Positions 43,201 to 50,278 of a stretch of 64,000 bases of DNA are shown here, in pieces; within the stretch, counting starts at the first letter, position 1; every line of letters starts with the position of its first letter. This stretch comes from Leptolyngbyaceae cyanobacterium (GTDB taxonomy: Bacteria; Cyanobacteriota; Cyanobacteriia; Phormidesmidales; Phormidesmidaceae). The stretch is taken from contig CBDHHL010000056.1 in assembly GCA_965263355.1 (NCBI GenBank), positions 480,001 through 544,000 on the forward strand. Direction: 5' to 3'. The notes beneath the pieces are model-generated. The model did no database searches, was not told the origin of the DNA, and saw nothing but the letters and a program-made list of their open reading frames with translations. The position numbers and the translations under genes were made by a program.

Positions 43201-46200
43201 GGGTCTGTCTGGGCAAAGAGAGCATTACTAATATCACGGGTATTGGGTCGATTCTCTCCAGCTAACGAGCGGATGCCATCCCCATACTCCTGGGTATAGT
43301 TCACACCCATCAGGTCTCCTGGTGTTCCCTGCCCTGGTTGACCGTGATTGCTGCCATCAATAGCACCATACTCAGTTACGGTCTCACTGGCCACGGTTCC
43401 CGCTGCCTCAGATGCTGTAGGCGCTCCCTGACTAGAGAAGACATACTCTGGCAGCGTCGTAATATCCGTATTGCGCTGAATCAAACTGGCCAACGTTGTT
43501 CCACGAATGTCATCTAGTTCCGCTTGGGTAAACTGACCATTCTCATACCAGAAACGGTCTCCATCCCGCAGTCGGATAAATTGGTCTGCAATGATGGCCT
43601 GGAACAGTTCACCCACCATCGCACCAGAAACATGATCTTCAGCCAGTCCACCGACAATCACATCAATGTCATCGACCTTACCATAGAGCTGCTCTAGTAC
43701 TGTCTGTACCGTTATATTGCTGGTAATCTCAGCAAAGCTGGTTACTGGAGCTAAACCTATATCTACACGGGCCTGGTTATAGTCCGGTAAACCCACATCC
43801 CTGCCCCGTTCAATATCCACAGCAGCCAAGTCAATGCCCCCTGCCCCTGGCGGTCCAAATAAGGTGTTACGTAGTTCATCAATCACCTTGGTATCGATAG
43901 CCTCAGCGGACTGGGCATAGAGGCCACGTAGTATAGAATCAATACCGTACTGGTGAATAATTTCAGGGTTAAATGTACTTTCTCTTAACGATACTGACGG
44001 TAGGAGATCACCATTCTCATTTACCAACAGAAACTCGCTAAAGCTCTGGGTATGGCCCATACGGAAGGCAGCAGCAGAGAACAAATGACTAATAGCAGGA
44101 TCAACGTTCTCGTTATAACCGCTGTAAGTCTCTAGAGCATCACTACCAATCAACAACGGTAGATACTCACCATAGGTAATATGCTGAATCTGCGCCGCGA
44201 TCAGCTTTCTCACCCGGTTATAAATCTCATCTCCAGACAACTCTGGATTGGCAGCTTGAATATCAGTAGCCAGTCGGTTATGCTCTCTCACAAAGACTGT
44301 ATGCATGGCCGTCAGACCAATATTCTCATTGGCTCGGACATCGCCTGTAGCAAAGAGCATAGCCGGATCATTCTGACTACGGTTGCTGTTAGGCAATGGT
44401 CCATCGGGGAAAAAGTCGGTGTTGTTGAGGGGCAACAAATTATTATCAGAGACTTTTAGCTGCCCTGTACCATCTAGTGTTCGTAAGGCATTGGCAGTGC
44501 GAGTGTCATTACCATAGACCATACTGGCATTCATGTAGGCACTGACCAGATTGGGATGTCGCAGCGGATTACTAGGATCAGTACCAGTAGTCCCATCAAA
44601 GGTAGTTCGACGTAGATCAATTACCTGAGTACCCGTAAAGAACGGATCAAAGACGAGGTCACCAAGGGGTACAGCAATGTCTAGCTCATCAGTGGGAAAG
44701 CTGGTTTCTGGAATCGTCAGAGTAAAGTAGCCCTCAGAATCAGTGACTGTTTGAAGCCGACCCAACTCAATAGGCAGATTTGCTAGGGGTGTACCGTGGG
44801 TATCAAGTACGTGACCACTAATGCGCGTGGTGGTGATTGGGTCGGGTACAACAGTAAGGGTAACAGTCTGCTCAACAGTTTCAGCTCCATCAGTAGCGAT
44901 AACGGTAAAGGTATAAGAGCCAATATCGTGGGGGGTAGGTGCAAAGGACAAATTACCTGCACCATTGAGAACACCGGGAGGTAGTTCTGTATCGGTACGC
45001 AATGAATAGGTAACGCGGTCCCCGTCAGGGTCTGAAGCGTTGAGGGGAATCTCGATGTGCTGCCCTGGTAACACCTCAATTGGGTCAATCGGTTCAAAAA
45101 CCGGAGCCTGATTTGGAGCACCTACCAGCACTTGAGGCTTAAAGACAAGCTGCCATTCTTCCGGGTTATTGAAAGTAATTTCAACTGCATCAGAAAGAGC
45201 ACCCGGCGCTAGCCCACCTGAACGAATGGCATTGTAGAAATTGACATAAGGATTTCCATCACTATCTGTACCTGATACGGTCTCAAGACTAACGCTATCA
45301 GGCAGAGCGTCAAACACCACCACTGCCTGACGGCTAATGGATGTATCACTTGTATTATGTAATTGCAGTTGAGCAGTGTACTCACCTGTCTGGGCATTAA
45401 AGCGAATCTGGCTAAAGACAGGCTCAATAACACTGCTCGCCGACAAATTCTCAAGAGATAGCTCATCGCCCAAAGTGACCACCGTATAAGTATGTTCAAG
45501 CTGGATAGCTTCAGTTCCTTCTGGGTCAATGGTATTAGTTAACTGGCTAATGTGAATTTGACTGCCCGTATCACCATCTTGGTTCAGCAGTTGGAAAATT
45601 AGGTGACCATCGGTTTCTGTTTCCAGGGAGGTGAGATCAATCTCCACATACTGACCGTCATAGGTTACTAGTCCAGGGGTGAAGTCAGCAGTTTTTCCTT
45701 TCAAGGAGAACACTGGAGTACCAGGGGTGCCATTATCTAGCAATGTCTGACTCGGATCACTAGTGGAGACCAAGTACACTGCCAGGGTGTCTTTACTCGC
45801 AGGAGTATCGTTTGTTAAATCAAAGGCCGCATCCAAAGCAAACCTGAGCGTACGACTGCCTTGGCTTTGCCCCAACGTCACTGGTGCCTGAGCCTGGGTA
45901 ACAAAACTATTTCCCTCAGCTAGCAGAATCTTATTTTCTGATGTTGCTGCCCAGCCACTGGTATCGGTAGCCCCAATCACAAAAGCACTATCCGCCACCT
46001 CAAAGTCAATCACCTGTTCAGTGACATTGCCTGCTATATCAGTGAAACGAACTGTAAGTTGATGTGTGCCATCTGCTAAGGGCGACTCCTGAAGTAACCG
46101 ATCTAAGGTCTCCGTTACCTCTGTATCCACCGCTGTGCCACCATCTAGGATGGTGCTCAGGGTGCCTGCTTCATTAGTACTGCCTAGCAAATGCACCATA

Positions 46201-47138
46201 TTGCTGTGGATACCACTGACTAGGGGACTTGTCAGCGACAGTTCAGCAGCCGTACGATCTAGGATCATGCTAACTTTTACTGAATCGGAGACATTGCCCA
46301 GAACATCTTCAGCGGTGACTACAATGCTGTAGGCGTTATCTACCAAGGGATGGCCTACTAGTGTTGTTAGGAGGGACTCATCGAGGATGAAACTACCATC
46401 TGGCTGCACCTGATTCGTAATATCAAGGGTAGCCGCACCAACACGGGCACTAACTCGGGCAATCTCACTTTGATCACTGATGCTACCTACCAGAACAGGT
46501 GTCTGTGTAATTCCGTCGGTGGCATCTTGCCCCGTGTCCTCCTTCAATGCTAGAGATAGCGTGGGAGCAACACCATCAGAGCGAGTATCATGGTCTAAAT
46601 TAATGGGCTGATGGTCTACTTGCTGATCGACACCAAATTCTGTCGTACCAGTAGGAGAATTATTAGTTGGTTTATGAATATCAACATGCCCTATCTTACT
46701 CTCTGGGATAAATGGTTCGTTGCTATCGAGTAGGTTATCCATCGCTTCTAACCCAACAGTAGCTAAAAAGTCTCTAAAGTCTGATTGACCTATTAAAGGA
46801 TCAATACTTCGATCCGGGAAGGACTGAGAGGGACTCAATAAATTAGAGGATAATTGCAATGAGGCAAAAGAGTTTTTATTGCTCAGCAAATCTTTTTCGT
46901 TGTTTGATTCATTTAGCAATGACAGCTCTCTGATACCGAGTTCCATCCACTGACCTGGAGCCCCTACACCGCTAAACTGACCACCAGCAAACGGATTCAA
47001 TAGGTGAGCAAGCCACTCCCCTGACCAGACTGGACTACTACTATTAATAGGATTATTAGCAAATCCAGAACCAGATGATGCAAATAGATTAGACATAGCA
47101 AAATAGAGACACCACAAACGATGACCCACCGTAAACAA
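34209..47138 (-). CDS. giant RHS/YD-repeat protein with Ig-like domains, heme peroxidase, FG-GAP repeats and C-terminal toxin
   Basis: 4309-aa ORF (likely start ATG 47096); GDVRANEN and AAFRMGH peroxidase motifs; D-x-N-x-DG-x-x-D repeats; YD repeats; RHS core YTGRELD..ARYYD..GRFISEDP..PNYVDPTG. Confidence 0.95.
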   Translation of the reverse strand: MFTVGHRLWCLYFAMSNLFASSGSGFANNPINSSSPVWSGEWLAHLLNPFAGGQFSGVGAPGQWMELGIRELSLLNESNNEKDLLSNKNSFASLQLSSNLLSPSQSFPDRSIDPLIGQSDFRDFLATVGLEAMDNLLDSNEPFIPESKIGHVDIHKPTNNSPTGTTEFGVDQQVDHQPINLDHDTRSDGVAPTLSLALKEDTGQDATDGITQTPVLVGSISDQSEIARVSARVGAATLDITNQVQPDGSFILDESLLTTLVGHPLVDNAYSIVVTAEDVLGNVSDSVKVSMILDRTAAELSLTSPLVSGIHSNMVHLLGSTNEAGTLSTILDGGTAVDTEVTETLDRLLQESPLADGTHQLTVRFTDIAGNVTEQVIDFEVADSAFVIGATDTSGWAATSENKILLAEGNSFVTQAQAPVTLGQSQGSRTLRFALDAAFDLTNDTPASKDTLAVYLVSTSDPSQTLLDNGTPGTPVFSLKGKTADFTPGLVTYDGQYVEIDLTSLETETDGHLIFQLLNQDGDTGSQIHISQLTNTIDPEGTEAIQLEHTYTVVTLGDELSLENLSASSVIEPVFSQIRFNAQTGEYTAQLQLHNTSDTSISRQAVVVFDALPDSVSLETVSGTDSDGNPYVNFYNAIRSGGLAPGALSDAVEITFNNPEEWQLVFKPQVLVGAPNQAPVFEPIDPIEVLPGQHIEIPLNASDPDGDRVTYSLRTDTELPPGVLNGAGNLSFAPTPHDIGSYTFTVIATDGAETVEQTVTLTVVPDPITTTRISGHVLDTHGTPLANLPIELGRLQTVTDSEGYFTLTIPETSFPTDELDIAVPLGDLVFDPFFTGTQVIDLRRTTFDGTTGTDPSNPLRHPNLVSAYMNASMVYGNDTRTANALRTLDGTGQLKVSDNNLLPLNNTDFFPDGPLPNSNRSQNDPAMLFATGDVRANENIGLTAMHTVFVREHNRLATDIQAANPELSGDEIYNRVRKLIAAQIQHITYGEYLPLLIGSDALETYSGYNENVDPAISHLFSAAAFRMGHTQSFSEFLLVNENGDLLPSVSLRESTFNPEIIHQYGIDSILRGLYAQSAEAIDTKVIDELRNTLFGPPGAGGIDLAAVDIERGRDVGLPDYNQARVDIGLAPVTSFAEITSNITVQTVLEQLYGKVDDIDVIVGGLAEDHVSGAMVGELFQAIIADQFIRLRDGDRFWYENGQFTQAELDDIRGTTLASLIQRNTDITTLPEYVFSSQGAPTASEAAGTVASETVTEYGAIDGSNHGQPGQGTPGDLMGVNYTQEYGDGIRSLAGENRPNTRDISNALFAQTDPIPDAQGGTGFMLAWSQFMGHDLSFSPAGAADTLKFYGTEYESPTGEVFPYVAEKIDLVLGHNLYAGVNNVIERPIYLPALDIINNEQTIDSQDNITVTNASLGAEVFIAANSLSDREGNPFDGQFTISEVPTDLTPAVLPEGLSPDLVVTIQPGEMAFDIPAQLTLPNRAGWSAGMEMELWSINPTTGDFEIVGTGIVSEDGNSVETIEGGIRNSSWHFFMPLGGLINLGGGDPRNPDHYCGANEEDAPFTSNVNLASGGIIETHELVSYQSLGISRGVTLAYDSLRADPSPIVHFNVDIPLTFAANGTRQSTFRVISKLSFKQGDFEYEVPGYEGGKYGLEGGEHFWNVPSRTQTGGRISAKPAIQANLKDLASGVYEYDLQAGIYALSDGRFSGRSSTITNNIVHVNGTRSQLGNGWGIAGVQELIENADGSVLIIDGNGSEIVFENEGEYVAPPGDFSTLKKLENGTFQRIDKEQTVYAFDSNNRLVSITDRNGNQTQHVYNAIGQLTEIIDPVGLSTRFEYTNEQTVYAFDSNNRLVSITDRNGNQTQHVYNAIGQLTEIIDPVGLSTRFEYTNERISKIIDPANRETLLTYDINGNLTHITDPDSTSRQFIYDDKSHMVSEIDKRGYQEKAVYDFAGRAKQAIGKDGRIIKVNPPQVEGLYKPERTSEDPLVAPKLPDAPDSSQVTYSDGRGQVKITALDVAGQAVSVRDQVGTQYTVQRNSANLVENLSTGRNKSTTFEYDERGNLVRMVDELSESGYSASGIVNQGSSDADSATSQLFGNSGYFPVVAPKRVMAKDLNNDGYLDLVSVSSNDTPYSSHISLFFGDAQGGFSAGNSISFENQPHSGAAIAVDDVDGDGNQDIIVNDSGSNRGGIAVAFGNGDGTFVEQVSLRDNRLSGDYDQSGNNILVTDFDNDGFKDILYNTKSEPVIIFGNPERALSDQVDLETLNESNDIGHMALADVNGDGEIDIVRQAEINTPNNVGGIEVFLNQGDRNFSTPITHNTVSADGTLNATNAFTIADLDADGFDDIISTQTNNTTVTVLFGNAEIPLTQVEHYVVGQQPHQVKVADLNGDNQLDIVTVNGETDTVSVLLNSTETNTEFTLATDYTIGDYGDSFQSAPDSLQLKDINNDGYLDILTANESDSSLSVLLNQGNGEFIESANYAVGEWPVTLTIEDFNQDGFADIAVASSNGLAGFISILLNQRNGDFELTLPLPDRTVQSFETPGREQLMVADFNSDGFDDLLSIDYSLNSVFLQINNGDATFVTPIAFELDATVKSVATGDFNQDGILDILAATYDYQTELSQIVPIITDENRTLAVGTPWLFASQIMHLNVGDFNGDRNLDFSYLVAGNDNTTELVIWLGDETGDFQEASSSVVSLNDANDYHDGESITQIADINHDGLDDLVYLRRGNLENDTNNNDVFLAALLGSIDGSFTQSFAQQISPGSDTQTFLYHFRLKLADLNSDSSLDIALTYEDGDDSNRYYLQTFLGRGDGSFSEQQLQNITRFDSSNDEPNLAIADINNDRHADLILSAGKYPNSILSVLLGNETGQFDFQDSQRYQDYAIPSDIDALLTGNFNLDEEPDVLLHDRQNSYILLNQLSVLSEDPADEPETPLTAIDRRELVNAKLFTYDNTFSQLTSVTDELGSTTLFTVDSTNGNTLEMRHVIGEEGGSDDIVTTYTYTDAGLVDFETDDLGRVKDYDYDNLGRLVKLTLAKGTADEATQLFSYDTVGNLTQFIDENDNVTTYEYDVMNRLIRQVDADPDGAGDQQAPVTLFGYDAAGNLIKTTDARGNTTSFAYDPLNRLTQQLDADDQTTDYVYDQAGNLVAMTNARGETTTYQHDARSRLIAETDAEGGTITYQYDADNNLTMIEDAAGNRTNYFYDARQRLILIRDATERFTDYDYDAADNLVAVRDRNGHITRYRYDHLSRLIEIEDAAGNRAQTSYDEVGNIAVSVDQRGNETRYTYDVRNRLVLTTNALDGEMRYRYDGVGNMLSTIDELGRETTYTYDSLNRLTQVTDPLNHSTNYRYDAFGNLIQVAGELGRVVNYSYDNLNRQTRTIDAYGATTETRYDEVGNVVLVTDELGRTTRYDYDGRDFLTRTTNALGHTLTYEYDSVGNLTSLTDTLGNQTRHEYDKLNRQTKTIDALEQATTTTYDNEGNILSITDASDNVTSYTYDERDLLTTETITVDGVDLTRTYDYDEASNLILRVDRNGRTQTFAYDALNRLDTEQWLDDDNNLIRTITYGYDVASQLKSLSDPDAVYTYDYDLAGRLIEVDNSNTPGVSHVVFTYGYDEANNLTSVTDSIDGIQVGVETFAYDLLNRVTQVTQSGNGIAEKRVDMAYDAASQMTGVSRFSDLAGTQTVAETAYRYDAAGRPTSLTHQHGTDILANYGFTYDAADRLTQLVTPDGISDYRYNNRSELTSADYNHQDDEAYSYDATGNRTSNTTGDHNRLLSDGTYTYEYDNEGNRTRRVDIATDEVTDYTWDHRNRLTAMVTTSSDGSVTREVAYTYDAYDRRIAKVVDADGEGVEAPTEERFVYDGDHIALVFDSDGNQTYRYLHGPQVDQILAEETANRETRWALTDHQGSVRDVINNQGTVLNHIAYDSFGQVTNQSNTTAYFRFGYTGRELDQESGQYFYRARYYDSGVGRFISEDPIGFAAGDANLYRYVFNSSPNYVDPTGNYVESGWDLLSLGVGVTSLGVNLRRRDWKNAAIDGVGITADVGALLLPIPGGAGAVRNADKVGKVASWVNRSQSLKRGTDFVKFNRWARNGIRLAQLTNVGANIYQTGESGLRAYRNWRESCNGEIPWRDLLQTGLSGLGILGARSNLRRSFQRRSVVANKIGTSKRLINSFGEFNERYHQKFKKNPNQAILGWEWYQESATSSMTSIIGRLDDTSRVGPEQGFHWLNVTTKKGWSPEVNDAWLQGAIDGGRPVKLVSPVKKSTLKKPPGEKYKYTVYRRELNQLQDAGYTIRNGWAIPTGTTSP
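41462..41771. repeat. exact 153-bp tandem duplication inside the RHS gene
   Basis: 41462-41614 appears identical to 41615-41767; the 51-aa EQTVYAFDSNNRL...RFEYTN occurs twice. Confidence 0.95.
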
Positions 47139-47813
47139 TGGGCAACCAGAAGAGAATAAGTATTGGAAAAAGAACTGTCGAGAGAGCCTGGCATCTATGC
47201 TCTAAAGAATGCCCTCAGACTCATCGTTATCGTAAAGTTTATGTCCTGTTTTCCGATGAGCAGATGTACGTAAATTTGGTCACCCAAAAAATATCTTCAC
47301 AAGAGATTTATCGAACCCTTTACTATGCTGTTCGATGCTTAATGATTGAGTAAAGATGAGAGTTAATAAACAGTCTTTGATAGCTTGAATTGAAATGCTT
47401 ACATGGTTTTGGTGTTTCTCAGATTTTGCACTTGGTAAAGAGGCGTCAGCCCACTTTGGATTCATAGTCGCAAGACTAATTGAATCAAAACTCGCTAAAG
47501 GGTTCAAGGGAGGGGTAAAAGCTGGATATATAGTTTTACGACCAACTTTGCCGCTTTAGCGACAGCTCTCAAACCCTCGCTGGGCTTTAGCCTTACAACT
47601 GAATTAATGCAAGATCTGAGCCTTTTACGAACAGCGTCGCTGTTCGCTAAAACTGAAAGAAACACAATTGTCATTTTTGAGGCGACAATGCTCTCGCTTT
47701 AAGGCTAATTAGTTTATGTTTCTTAGGAGTATTTTTATTATTTATTTCAATTCTTACTAAAAAACTTGGGCATGATAAGTAAACGAGAAAGAATGATTTG
47801 AACATTTTGACAC

Positions 47814-48290
47814 ATGCCAGTAGTGAAAGCAATCGATACCGTCATACAAGAGATTCTTGCCACAGCTCGGTCCTATTCTGGATGTCCAACCTTCACAGGT
47901 GATTACTGGCTTAATGAGCAGCAATTTAATTACCCCACCTGGGTGTTACTCCTAGATGCTCAAGGGACTGAAGTATCTCCTTCCCCGATTTTCAGAGGAG
48001 TGAATTGGCTCAAGATTAATGATCTGCACTCACCTCTTGCCATCTTTCCAGATGCAAATGGCTATGTGGATTCTCAAAAACTACTGGAATGTCTTAATGT
48101 GTATATGTCAACAATTGGAGGATACCAACAGTCTCATGTTAATGCGCCGTTGATTCAAATAGCATTTGTGCAAAACATCTGTTATCTTCTACCCGCAATA
48201 CCTGTAGATAATAAAGCAGGTAAACGTATTCATTATCTCATAGCTGATGGTAACAATAACTGGAAATGTCTTATACGAAATCCTGACTGA
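47814..48290 (+). CDS. hypothetical protein
   Basis: 158-aa ATG-started ORF with no recognised motif. Confidence 0.6.
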   Translation: MPVVKAIDTVIQEILATARSYSGCPTFTGDYWLNEQQFNYPTWVLLLDAQGTEVSPSPIFRGVNWLKINDLHSPLAIFPDANGYVDSQKLLECLNVYMSTIGGYQQSHVNAPLIQIAFVQNICYLLPAIPVDNKAGKRIHYLIADGNNNWKCLIRNPD

Positions 48291-48410
48291 TAGTATCTGG
48301 TATCAAAGGGTATCGACAAGGGATTCCCCTATAGAATTGTCCATTTTTAATCGGGTTTAATAAATTCGAATTTTGATAGAACTATAAGAAAACACAGGAT
48401 GCGGTTAGGG

Positions 48411-48703
48411 CTAACCGCATCCACATTCAGATCTAAGTCTAATTGCAGAACGGTACGGTACAGAAACAGCAAGGCACAGAGTGCTTGATTTTGGGTGGAC
48501 GCGGTAACCTTTTTGGGAACGGCTAAATGAGTCAAAACTGCCTCAATTTCTGGGCCTCCCATATTTCTAGGATGCTGCCAATTATGAAATCGAATGTATC
48601 GCTTAATCCAATTGATGTAACTTTTTTCGGTTCGATACGAGTAATGTTTTACACGAATAGCATCACGAACAGCTTCTAGTAGAGTCCTAGGCTTAGATAC
48701 CGT
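48411..48703 (-). pseudogene. intI: integron integrase N-terminal remnant (integron B)
   Basis: KPRTLLEAVRDAIRVKHYSYRTEKSYINWIKRYIRFH..HPRNMG..EIEAVLTHLA...ASTQNQALCALLFLYRTVL..DAV; catalytic domain absent (ORF track 48347-48751). Confidence 0.92.
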
Positions 48704-48794
48704 GTTAATTAGTACGTAAAAACACTGAAACTCCTGTGTATCAGTTATCACTTAGCAGTTCACTTAAACTATTTAAGGTACTTTAAAGCTTTCT

Positions 48795-48813
48795 GGATAA
48801 CTTATAGTTGTAG
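48795..48813 (+). other. attI-like site of integron B
   Basis: GGATAAC-TTATA-GTTGTAG; GTTGTAG is complementary at 6/7 to R'' CAACAAC of the next attC. Confidence 0.6.
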
Positions 48814-48863
48814 TGACCCGATTTAAATGTTATGGCTTGGGAACCCTTTAGTACAATGGGTCT

Positions 48864-48946
48864 CAACAACATTTCGTTGGAACCGACACTCCGTTAACCG
48901 CCTGACGTCGTTTAGACGGAAGTGCGGTTCAACTACACCGTTAGCC
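48864..48946 (+). mobile_element. attC site B1
   Basis: R'' CAACAAC, gttggaaccgacactccg pairing with cggaagtgcggttcaac, R' GTTAGCC. Confidence 0.88.
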
Positions 48947-48972
48947 ATCTTTAATCACTTGCACTTAATTGC

Positions 48973-49668
48973 TTAAGCGCTCTTTTTTTGCAGATAGGCA
49001 AAGGCCGCATTTGTGCCACTGCCTTGACCAAGTGCAATCTGAATATTGAGATGTGCCATACTTTCAAGATAGCGAGCGGTGTAGAGAGGACCAGTATCAA
49101 TCGGTGCGTAGCCGATATCCCTGGCTAGAGCAACAATCGTTTGTTTAGCCTCGTTGTTATCTCCTGCAATAAATGCAGTAATCGCTTGTCCACCTTCCAA
49201 AAGTTCACCCATAACATCTGCAAAAATAAGGTATCCACTCAAGCCGGGAAATTCTGGTTAAGTAGGAATCTAGAATCCAGGAGCCAGAATTTAGAAGGGA
49301 TATGGCTTCTGGCTCCTGACTTCTGACGTCTATCCTGAGGAAAACTTCCCGCTTTAAGTTGGTACCCCAAAAATAGTATTGAACGCTTTGACGACGTGAG
49401 CGCCTGCCAGCAGACGGTTAATTTCTTTAGATGCCGAGTTTTCCTGCCCAAGCGACTTCGGTGACCAGTCAGCATTGAGTGGATTTGTACTGTCGATGAC
49501 AATTTTTCCGTTTGTTGCCTCAGCTAGTTCTGGTAACACATCGACACAAGCAGTAAACGGAATAGCGATCGCAACAATATCTGCAGCGTTGGCAGCTTCT
49601 TTGAAAGTTGCAGATGGATAGGGTAATTCCTGATTTAGACTTGAGCGCAAGCCGATAATAATCTCGTG
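48973..49668 (-). pseudogene. NADPH-dependent F420 reductase-like oxidoreductase, MITE-disrupted and 5'-truncated
   Basis: GKIVIDSTNPL, VVKAFNTIF / ADVM, AGDN..AK, GY.PIDTGPL; the GxGxxG N-terminus is missing. Confidence 0.85.
49229..49367. mobile_element. MITE (family A) with 8-bp TSD
   Basis: TIRs aggtatccactcaagccgggaaatt and (revcomp) gggtaccaacttaaagcgggaagtt; TSD CAAAAATA at 49221-49228 and 49368-49375. Confidence 0.9.
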
Positions 49669-49779
49669 TGGACAGTCCCTTGTGGAGGTCCTTCGATATC
49701 GGGAGCAGACAATCAGGATTTCGTACAATAACGCTCTGTACCTCTAGAGTATAGAGTTCAGGTATGTAAATTTTATAAC

Positions 49780-50193
49780 TTAGAACGGAAAGGAGCAACC
49801 GTCAAAATTGTTGAGAACAATACCTCTAAAACCTTAAATGAAATTGGTGCAGAAGGTAGGGGCTCAGATTGCTTTGTTTCTCTTCATCTGAATGCCTTTA
49901 ATAGGAGCGCTCAAGGGCATGAAGTATTTGTTCATTCAGATGGGCCATCAACTGATGTGAGACTGGCAACCTTGATCAATCAGGAACTTGACGATGTATT
50001 ACCCATTGATGATAGAGGTGTAAAACGGCGTGGACTGGCGGTATTGGGCGGAGTTCCACTACCTACTCCGGCAGTTCTAACAGAGGCATTTTTTATCGAC
50101 TCAGTTGAAGAGGCCAATACCCTAAATGAGTGGAATACCCTTGCAGCCAATGCGATCGCTACTGGCATAGAAAGGTTTTTGACTATGCCATAA
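49780..50193 (+). pseudogene. N-acetylmuramoyl-L-alanine amidase (Amidase_3), 5'-truncated
   Basis: Frame reads ..DCFVSLHLNAFN..AQGHEVF..DRGVK..LAVL..PAVLTEAFFID; no in-frame start and no N-terminal GHG motif. Confidence 0.8.
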
Positions 50194-50206
50194 AGCCTAT
50201 ATGCAC

Positions 50207-50238
50207 CGCCCGCCAAAAGATACTCAATATGGCGGGCG
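50207..50238. terminator. hairpin between convergent genes
   Basis: cgcccgcca ... tggcgggcg inverted repeat. Confidence 0.5.
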
Positions 50239-50278
50239 AATGCCCATTTACTCGTCATATTGAGCAAGAAAACTGCCG

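Noticed and set aside
35277..46332. Numerous short ORFs inside the RHS gene
   Set aside because: Shadow or alternate-frame ORFs of a long coding sequence.
47138..47700. Short ORFs and a possible IS end upstream of the RHS gene
   Set aside because: No coding motif and no paired TIR or TSD found.
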